Source: a virus (lineage: Duplodnaviria > Caudoviricetes). Taken from it: a DNA stretch of 64,000 nt. Within the stretch, counting starts at the first letter, position 1. Each line of letters begins with the position of its first letter. A model generated the notes under the pieces. That model did not search any database. It was given only the letters and a program-made list of their open reading frames with translations, and had not been told where the DNA came from. Where the stretch lies: positions 224,001 to 288,000 of the IMG/VR virus record IMGVR_UViG_642918906_000001. One strand, written 5' to 3'. The translations under genes were made by a program, and so were the position numbers. Positions 57,565 through 64,000 of this stretch are shown one piece after another.

Positions 57565-57998
57565 GTTTCTTTGTGTGTAAACGTGATGACATTATCCACT
57601 TCGGTGGAATGCAGTCCGTCATGATGGATTGGGAACACGTACCTACATTCGGTACGTTCAGCGTGGTCATGAATGATTGCCGTTTGATGTCACCTGACGA
57701 TATCTGGGTATGGGTCGGTAGCTCAGTTATCACCGGCTACATTAAAGGTCGGTTTGTTAATACCGGTCTATGGACCGAACAGGAAATCTGTCGACTGTCG
57801 TATGACAACAAAGCCTTGATCATTATTCGTGAAGGTAAAAATTACTTCATTTATAAAAACGGACACAAGGAATTCCGTACAGAGGTATCCGACGGTAGTT
57901 TGATGTATACCCATGGTTGTGTTGAAGGTCAGGTACTCGATGCCATTGATCGTGACATAATGCCAACGCGTTGGGTCATCGACAAACGTAAGGTATAA
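57561..57998 (+). CDS. Hypothetical protein
   Basis: GGAG RBS, ATGA coupling. Confidence 0.78.
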   Translation: MSFFVCKRDDIIHFGGMQSVMMDWEHVPTFGTFSVVMNDCRLMSPDDIWVWVGSSVITGYIKGRFVNTGLWTEQEICRLSYDNKALIIIREGKNYFIYKNGHKEFRTEVSDGSLMYTHGCVEGQVLDAIDRDIMPTRWVIDKRKV

Positions 57999-58033
57999 CA
58001 ATACCCTGCTAACCCATTTGATAGGAGCTTGAT

Positions 58034-58321
58034 ATGTCCAAAAGTAAACTTGAAGCAATCGTGGATTTCATCATCTCTAAACAGGACGAGTTTAAAGATA
58101 CTCCACTCAATACCGAACGTGTATTGTATCCAGAAGACTTCCTCGTGGATAATGTCTCGGCTCTTTACGTACGATCCGTTTCAGAAGAGAAATCGAACAT
58201 CTACGATGGTGTCTGGAACGGGTTGTATTGGATGGCCCGTGAAATCAATAACTATCGTATCAACGTCGCTAATGACTGTGACCGTATCAACTTAATGATC
58301 GAGGGGCTTAATGAGCGATAA
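58034..58321 (+). CDS. Hypothetical protein
   Basis: AGGAG RBS. Confidence 0.78.
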   Translation: MSKSKLEAIVDFIISKQDEFKDTPLNTERVLYPEDFLVDNVSALYVRSVSEEKSNIYDGVWNGLYWMAREINNYRINVANDCDRINLMIEGLNER

Positions 58322-58550
58322 ATCCATTCCGCCGACGCAAACGTATTTTGACGTAGACCGTAGTGGGTACTGTTACCTACTTAAGGTTAAGTTCTCCTTT
58401 AACAAGAAAGGGGAACTCGTGGAAACCATCATGAAGGTTACTCATCTGGGTAAACTGTCTCATCTGGACTATGTACTTGACTACAGTTCCTATGTGGTAT
58501 GGCCACGCGCTTTCGAATCTAACGATATCAAACAACTGGGAGTTAATTAA
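58311..58550 (+). CDS. Hypothetical protein
   Basis: GAGG RBS. Confidence 0.72.
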   Translation: MSDKSIPPTQTYFDVDRSGYCYLLKVKFSFNKKGELVETIMKVTHLGKLSHLDYVLDYSSYVVWPRAFESNDIKQLGVN

Positions 58551-59446
58551 TGTCTAAGTCTAAACGTCACAACACCGTAAGTTTGTCGATCCACTACAAA
58601 AACGCCAACGATCGTACTGCTTTTGAAAACGAACTCAACCTCGTTCAAGACCTCAGTACGTTGATGACTGCATCGGCGAAGTTGCATAACCACGCTGCTG
58701 ATCCTTTGGTGCGACCGCAGGCTTACGTAAAAGACGTTGACGATTACTATGGCTCGATCACTCTTCAGTTCCCATTGAAGGCCAAGTGGTACAGTGAAGA
58801 AAACGACATGCGTTGCTACAGCCATGTTGGACTGTATAACCTTTTGAAGTTGATCTCAGATGTATGCTCGACGCACTCGGTCAACTTTGAAGAGTTCCGT
58901 ACTCATCTGGATCTGGGCGGGATGAAAGCCCCATGGGTTCTGCCTGTTGAGGGGATGGGTGTTATTCTTCGTGAAGGTTCTCGACAGATGACTCTCACTG
59001 GCGATGTATTGCCACGTGCGGTAAGACTGGGCGTTGCTGAATATGAGGTTGAACAGTTGATCGTGGTGGGTGAACCTCGTGCAGTTGAAGACTTCAGTCG
59101 GGCATGGGGTCACGTAGCCGATAAATACCGTCGTGTGATGCAGAAGTATCCCACGCATCAGTATCACGGTCGTGGTCCGCTGATGGACGTAAGTACCATG
59201 AAGTACTCGTGGGGTAACCATAACTGGCAAAACGTTGGTGTGTTCGCATTGGTCAAACGTCCTGAGTTTGAACCGACTTGGGTAACTTTGGGCGAGATGC
59301 ATAACTCGTCGGTGCTGAAGAACATTATTGATATCGGTAATCACATGTTGAATACCCCACTTCAGTTCTCTAACACGGAACCCTCGATTCGTAATAACAT
59401 CTTCCTTTCGGACCATGCATATTACAGCTTTGAGTCGGTAGTCTAA
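58550..59446 (+). CDS. Hypothetical protein, ~280-aa paralog family
   Basis: TAATG coupling; LIVVGEPRAVEDF. Confidence 0.85.
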   Translation: MSKSKRHNTVSLSIHYKNANDRTAFENELNLVQDLSTLMTASAKLHNHAADPLVRPQAYVKDVDDYYGSITLQFPLKAKWYSEENDMRCYSHVGLYNLLKLISDVCSTHSVNFEEFRTHLDLGGMKAPWVLPVEGMGVILREGSRQMTLTGDVLPRAVRLGVAEYEVEQLIVVGEPRAVEDFSRAWGHVADKYRRVMQKYPTHQYHGRGPLMDVSTMKYSWGNHNWQNVGVFALVKRPEFEPTWVTLGEMHNSSVLKNIIDIGNHMLNTPLQFSNTEPSIRNNIFLSDHAYYSFESVV

Positions 59447-59447
59447 A

Positions 59448-59497
59448 CGGCATAAGCTGGGGTTGCTAATACAACCCCTTTCAAATTTATATCACTT
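59448..59497. promoter_or_regulatory. Hairpin plus early-like promoter variant (TTTCAAATTTATATCAC)
   Basis: GGGGTTG/CAACCCC stem followed by a motif resembling 9936-9955 and 28541-28560. Confidence 0.6.
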
Positions 59498-59523
59498 TAA
59501 TGATAAACCACAGGAACTCTACA

Positions 59524-60408
59524 ATGTCGAAGAATAAAACCTTTCATAGTGTCACCTACACTTTTGAAAACGATGACCATCCAATCGTGATCGAATGGTT
59601 TGGTAAGAAAATGCTCGAGTTACAGCAGATCGTAAAAGTACATCTTGCTGATAACACTATTCGTCAAGATAAATTCAAGGTCGAATTTTTCGGCAACGGG
59701 ACCATGGTGAAGCTTACCTTCATCACTAACTTTCTGGGTGATGAGCAACTCTACACCAGCTTGATGGGTTACGTGAACCATCTGATTGGCGTGGCATCGC
59801 AGTACGTGGAAATCAAAACTTACTTTGAGTGTAATGACACTCGTCGTAATCGGTTTGCTCTGTTCAACGACTTCGGTTTGATGATCAAGCGTAATGCCCC
59901 ACTGGAAGTTCGCAGTGTCGGTAACGTAGCATATAACATCGGTAATGACGTTAATGGCGTGTGGGTCGCCGGTGAACCAAATCTGGTGCGTAAGGTAGTG
60001 GGTCGCATTCGCTACCTGTTGCGCAGTGGTAACAAAAACGTCAGGTTCGGCTATGATAAATTTATCAAAGAGGTAAAGCTATTTCTTGGTAAAGACGCTG
60101 CCGTTTATGTAACACGTGAGGGTGCCGGTTGGGGTGAAGTAATTCATGACGATGGCTACTCTGCCGCTAGTTGGCAAGATCCATTCCTGAGCGGTTACGT
60201 GGAACTGATCGAGGCCGGTAAAGCACCGGATGTATTTGATCTGGTGGGCGCCAAAGACAACTACTTCGATTTCCCTGCTTTCATGGCGGTGATCTTGGAG
60301 CGTGTTGAACAACTGCGTCAAGAAAAACCCCGTCAAGGTGGCTGGGTAAATATCCCAAATGAATTCATTCAATCTGTACTGAAGGAGATTACTGATGTCG
60401 AGTCGTGA
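59524..60408 (+). CDS. Hypothetical protein, ~280-aa paralog family
   Basis: AGGA RBS; VWVAGEPNLVRKV. Confidence 0.85.
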   Translation: MSKNKTFHSVTYTFENDDHPIVIEWFGKKMLELQQIVKVHLADNTIRQDKFKVEFFGNGTMVKLTFITNFLGDEQLYTSLMGYVNHLIGVASQYVEIKTYFECNDTRRNRFALFNDFGLMIKRNAPLEVRSVGNVAYNIGNDVNGVWVAGEPNLVRKVVGRIRYLLRSGNKNVRFGYDKFIKEVKLFLGKDAAVYVTREGAGWGEVIHDDGYSAASWQDPFLSGYVELIEAGKAPDVFDLVGAKDNYFDFPAFMAVILERVEQLRQEKPRQGGWVNIPNEFIQSVLKEITDVES

Positions 60409-61213
60409 TTCTCACCGCGTTAAAGTAGTAATTGGTTGGACCCTACCTAAGGATAATGAACTCAGTGTTATCGCTGATCATTCTTTGGTAAATGATCTTC
60501 GGGTTCTACAGAAACGTGTCGACGGACACTACATGGCAGGTAGTGTGATAAAGACTGTTCAACGTGACGGCGATTCGGTAGTGCATACTTTCCGTCTACG
60601 TCATAAAGGTTATTCGCGCCATACGCGTAAGACCAGCTGGACCCAGTTGTTACTGTTTGTTGCACAGGTCAAGAAATTGTCTGCCAGTATCCCAGCAACT
60701 ATGAATCCAGTATTCGATCTGGATATGGAACAAAACCACATGCCGTGGGTATTCCATACTGGGTTCAACACAGATGGTCGCACTAACCTTTTCCTGAGGC
60801 CTGAGGCTATTCGCAGCGTTGTTCAACTGAACCGGAAAATTCGTATTTCTAATCCAGAAAATGTTTTCGCTAACCTGATGGATCATGGCGATCGGAAAAC
60901 TTATGCTATGTCTGATCAGTTTATGTTGTTTGGTCGTGAGCGCGCGGTTGAGAAATACGAGCGTTCGCTACGAGCAATCGAACAGGCAGGTCCAAACAAG
61001 AATATCATTGATCCCTATATCCGTGCATCGGGTCAATACGGGTATCCATTAGAAGATCAACTGTTGGTACTGTATCGCGATTCAGCCGGGCAATGGGTTA
61101 ATATCCCAGGTACTGGCTTTGAGGTCACTGATGGTGAGTTCACCCGTGAAGCTCTGACCAGCCAAAGAGATACTATCTTCGGTCTCAATTACGAACCACG
61201 CTTTGTTAACTAA
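60395..61213 (+). CDS. Hypothetical protein, ~280-aa paralog family
   Basis: AGGAG RBS; FMLFGRERAVEKY. Confidence 0.85.
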   Translation: MSSRDSHRVKVVIGWTLPKDNELSVIADHSLVNDLRVLQKRVDGHYMAGSVIKTVQRDGDSVVHTFRLRHKGYSRHTRKTSWTQLLLFVAQVKKLSASIPATMNPVFDLDMEQNHMPWVFHTGFNTDGRTNLFLRPEAIRSVVQLNRKIRISNPENVFANLMDHGDRKTYAMSDQFMLFGRERAVEKYERSLRAIEQAGPNKNIIDPYIRASGQYGYPLEDQLLVLYRDSAGQWVNIPGTGFEVTDGEFTREALTSQRDTIFGLNYEPRFVN

Positions 61214-61220
61214 CCTAACC

Positions 61221-61245
61221 GGGGTAGTTCGCTACCCCATAACAC
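61221..61245 (+). terminator. UUCG hairpin (terminator or 5' stabiliser)
   Basis: GGGGTAG-TTCG-CTACCCC; no U tract. Confidence 0.55.
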
Positions 61246-61271
61246 AATCTTACCTAAAGGACTAATAATAA

Positions 61272-61940
61272 ATGCCGATCGCTCGCACACCTGAGCACAC
61301 TGCAATGCGTAAATTGCTGATGCGCTATATGGCGGAGTATACAAATAACTCTTCAGCTCCAGCAAACATCCGGGGTGGTTTCTTTGCAATTCATATCACC
61401 GACACTAACATGGTGTGGGTGAACGAAACAGGTAGCTTTGCCAGCACACTCCAACGCTGGAAGAATAAAGGTACTTTCGCCGATTGCGTAGGACAAGCTA
61501 TTAAACGTGGTGCTAAACTGGAACTTTGGTTCTTGACACAGCCACAGCGGTTCTGCGTGAACGAATTAAAAGAAGAACTCAGCGAATTGAATAAAATAGC
61601 TGAACGAAAAGAACGCGTTATGTCTGGTCCTGGTAAACTCTACAGTATCCGACATGCTGGCTCAATGGACTTCTTCCTTTTAGCCGATCGTATCAACACC
61701 GCACCAACTTCACTGCTGTCTAACTTTGTTACCCGTCTGCAAACCATGCGCGGTGACAATCGTAATCAATTGTTGGACCAGTTTGTTAGTGAGCAGACCT
61801 CTGACATCATTAAAGGTACCGGTTTCGATATTACTCATATTGATGACTTCGATAGCTGTGAGGACCTCTGGCTGAAACGTCAGGTCTATATCGATGACAA
61901 CAAATTCGGTCGCAATCTGAACTGGCACAACGTGGACTGA
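61272..61940 (+). CDS. Protein with two degenerate GIY-YIG-like repeats
   Basis: GGFFAIHITDTNMVWV and GKLYSIRHAGSMDFFL; ends GRNLN. Confidence 0.6.
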   Translation: MPIARTPEHTAMRKLLMRYMAEYTNNSSAPANIRGGFFAIHITDTNMVWVNETGSFASTLQRWKNKGTFADCVGQAIKRGAKLELWFLTQPQRFCVNELKEELSELNKIAERKERVMSGPGKLYSIRHAGSMDFFLLADRINTAPTSLLSNFVTRLQTMRGDNRNQLLDQFVSEQTSDIIKGTGFDITHIDDFDSCEDLWLKRQVYIDDNKFGRNLNWHNVD

Positions 61941-61971
61941 TCCACTCAATCTTTCTATTAGGTTTACTGCA

Positions 61972-62652
61972 ATGACTTCTAAAATCGTAACCTTTCCAGA
62001 CGTACCAATGACCATGGTCATTAAGCGTCTTACCGATTACACCGTGCAACACTATTCCGGCTTGGATGACATTCCACATCTCTGTGTGAAAGTCCGCCAT
62101 CATAATGGCTTCGCGTGGTTTGGTATCAGCATCATTCCAACGGGTAATTATCCTAACGGGTTCCCTGCACCATGGCCGGCTCAGTTGGTACGTAATGTCA
62201 AGACCCAGTTCCTTCAGGCGATGGCTCAGGTTATCGATCTGGCTGAAATGGATTCTGACGTGGATCTGTTGATGCGTAGTATCCAAGACATCTGCGCCAA
62301 GCGTAAACGTCCTGTGATGTTCGGTACTGGCGGTAATGAGTTCATCCAGATCTCGTCTACCAACAACGTTCAGATCGAGCTGTATCGCGATGAGGTGAAG
62401 CCAGAGTCGTCGACTTACGGTGGTTATTTCTTCGTGGTGGAATATGACGGTCAAACCTTTCCGGGGTTGCTGTACCATCGTGGGATCATTGCATACAACT
62501 ATATCACCAAAGAAGCCGCTCATGGTTTGATCCGTGAAGAACTCCAAGCTAAGTTCCCTGAGTTCTTCAATGACCCATCGAAGTTGGTGATCCCTTTCGG
62601 TGAAATCATGCAGTTACCACGTAACCGTAACAAGTGGGCTAAGGTGCGATGA
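61972..62652 (+). CDS. Hypothetical protein
   Basis: 226-aa ORF in chain. Confidence 0.82.
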   Translation: MTSKIVTFPDVPMTMVIKRLTDYTVQHYSGLDDIPHLCVKVRHHNGFAWFGISIIPTGNYPNGFPAPWPAQLVRNVKTQFLQAMAQVIDLAEMDSDVDLLMRSIQDICAKRKRPVMFGTGGNEFIQISSTNNVQIELYRDEVKPESSTYGGYFFVVEYDGQTFPGLLYHRGIIAYNYITKEAAHGLIREELQAKFPEFFNDPSKLVIPFGEIMQLPRNRNKWAKVR

Positions 62653-63026
62653 AAACACAGACGCTAGTTATTGACCTGATTCGTAACTGGCTTCCGAACG
62701 CTACCACTGGTTTGTGGGCGAAGCACTCGATGGAGGGCTTCGATATCATCACAGTTCTGACTGAACCCGAGTACCCTGGATTGGAAAAGATTCAGGGGAA
62801 AGTCATTTGGGCAGAAGACGGTGTAATTGATGACAAGGCTAATGCTGAACGCAATCTGCTGATTCATCAGGTAGCCCGTAAGTTCGCCAAAGCCACTGAA
62901 ACGGTGCTCATTGGCGTCAGGCATGTTGATCGTATTACATACCTCGACTTCAAAGGTGAGTCTATCAAAAACGTTGAAGGGTTCGACTGGGTGGATGTCG
63001 TTCTAGAAAAAGAAATCATCGTTTAG
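62649..63026 (+). CDS. Hypothetical protein
   Basis: ATGA coupling. Confidence 0.8.
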   Translation: MKTQTLVIDLIRNWLPNATTGLWAKHSMEGFDIITVLTEPEYPGLEKIQGKVIWAEDGVIDDKANAERNLLIHQVARKFAKATETVLIGVRHVDRITYLDFKGESIKNVEGFDWVDVVLEKEIIV

Positions 63027-63029
63027 TAA

Positions 63030-63056
63030 AAGAATACTCAGTGTGTAATATTATAG
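63030..63056 (+). promoter_or_regulatory. Putative promoter of ncRNA-2
   Basis: AAGAATACTCAGTGTGTAATATTATAG, ungapped match to 4994-5020. Confidence 0.6.
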
Positions 63057-63525
63057 GAGTGAATGCTCCTAGCCCGTGATAAAAGCCTCGTAAAAGTGTT
63101 GCTTTCATTTCCCACCCCATCACGGGTTCCCCCTATTCAGGATCACTGCTCTGGTAGTGAACCAAATGAACAAGGGTGTTCGCAGGGGTTATCTCTCTAA
63201 CCAGGGTCCCCGTCACCATAAGCAGTAGGTTAGATGCCCTGCTCGAACACCCGCCTAAGCATAATGAACTTTCGGAATAATTCGCCCGTCCCCAAATAAG
63301 GTGGGATGGTTAGTTGGAGATGACCAGTCTCCTAAACCGAAGCACTGATCACTAGGGTGGTACCTATTCGATACAGTGAAGTTACTCGATCATATCGGTG
63401 TTACACCCCCGATCGAAGTGGCGACTGACAAAGTGATACTTCCTACTAAATGGGTTGTTCAGCTGGCCAGCACACATGCGTCAGATTAAACCTCAAGCCC
63501 CCACCCTCGTAGGTGGGGGCTTTAT
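63054..63525 (+). ncRNA. Candidate large structured ncRNA (~470 nt), family unknown
   Basis: Largest gap without a credible gene in the window; more than 10 nested helices; promoter-like motif at 5' end and terminator at 3' end. Confidence 0.75.
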
Positions 63526-63529
63526 TCCG
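63495..63529 (+). terminator. Rho-independent terminator
   Basis: AAGCCCCCACC-CTCGTA-GGTGGGGGCTT, TTTATTCCG. Confidence 0.9.
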
Positions 63530-63544
63530 TCTCAAGGAGAAACT

Positions 63545-63742
63545 ATGAGTTTGTACGATCAGTTGTTTAAGCTGTATATTACGGTGAAAGATCCGAAGGT
63601 TGTCCGGTATCGTCGACATCCATGTCAACTGCGTATTGTCGGCAAGGCCCGGCATATGTGGGGTAACGAAAGTAAACTCGATCCCGGTTCTCAAAGCACT
63701 GAAACGATTGAAAAACTCATCGCCCGTTATTACATCGATTAA
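63545..63742 (+). CDS. Small hypothetical protein (65 aa)
   Basis: AAGGAG RBS before ATG 63545 (the ORF-track extension to 63455 crosses the terminator). Confidence 0.75.
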   Translation: MSLYDQLFKLYITVKDPKVVRYRRHPCQLRIVGKARHMWGNESKLDPGSQSTETIEKLIARYYID

Positions 63743-63751
63743 GGAGTTCTT

Positions 63752-64000
63752 ATGAAAAAGCTTGATAAAACAGGTCCACTTAAAGCAGCCTATTATCTCA
63801 TCACCAGTTATGCTGATTATGAGAAGGCTATTCTCGAATACCTTAAAGAGAATGATCACAAACCTGAGGACTGGGGTATGCGTGACCAGTTCAATGTGAA
63901 TGAATTGGTTGAAGGTCATCACATCAAAGGTAATCGTGAACTCTACACCAACGGTGAATCCCCAGAGTTCATCCTGTGCATCAACTTCGATGATCAGTTT
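63752..64000 (+). CDS. Hypothetical protein (runs off window end)
   Basis: AAGGAG RBS; MKKLDKTGPLKAAYY... open to 64000. Confidence 0.75.
   Translation, partial: MKKLDKTGPLKAAYYLITSYADYEKAILEYLKENDHKPEDWGMRDQFNVNELVEGHHIKGNRELYTNGESPEFILCINFDDQF

Noticed and set aside
63054-63525. tmRNA, RNase P RNA, group I or group II intron identity for the large RNA (tmRNA was tempting given the SspB-like genes)
   Set aside because: No GGGG 5' end with T-loop and CCA 3' end, no GAGGAAAGUCC, no matching group I P7 pair, no group II domain V; flanking genes are not split
63446-63922. Minus-strand 158-aa ORF and the plus-strand extension 63455-63544
   Set aside because: Both overlap the terminator; plus-strand starts with strong RBSs at 63545 and 63752 explain the region

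Overview
64 kb of a large lytic dsDNA phage genome, most likely a phiKZ/201phi2-1-like (Chimalliviridae-type) jumbo phage. The assignment is inferred from repeated TATATTAC early-type promoters, C(UUCG)G terminators, dense co-oriented genes and gene content; no database search was run. The left end has three minus-strand genes (a partial virion-type protein, a small protein, an SF2/SNF2-like helicase). The rest is almost all plus-strand, about 130 mostly hypothetical ORFs. Recognisable products: Thg1-like guanylyltransferase, DprA/SLOG-like protein, SpoT/Mesh1-type HD hydrolase, dCTP deaminase, NAD-dependent DNA ligase preceded by a catalytically degenerate ligase paralog, two SspB-like proteins, thymidylate synthase, DRB0094/Rnl5-type RNA ligase, two tandem GNATs, a DUF4262-like protein and an ADP-ribosyltransferase-fold protein. 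Main unexplained signals: (1) two ORF-free, highly base-paired, terminator-ended units (about 180 nt at 5.0 kb, about 470 nt at 63.05 kb) behind the same 27-nt promoter-like motif, i.e. candidate phage structured ncRNAs; (2) 7-8 small acidic proteins sharing a C-terminal (Y/L/F)(W/F)xxV(S/N)(N/G) signature, clustered around the GNAT pair; (3) an SspB pair with several ClpX-docking-like motifs; (4) several other paralog arrays. All functional calls come from motifs read by eye. No tRNA, rRNA, CRISPR array or intact mobile element was seen.
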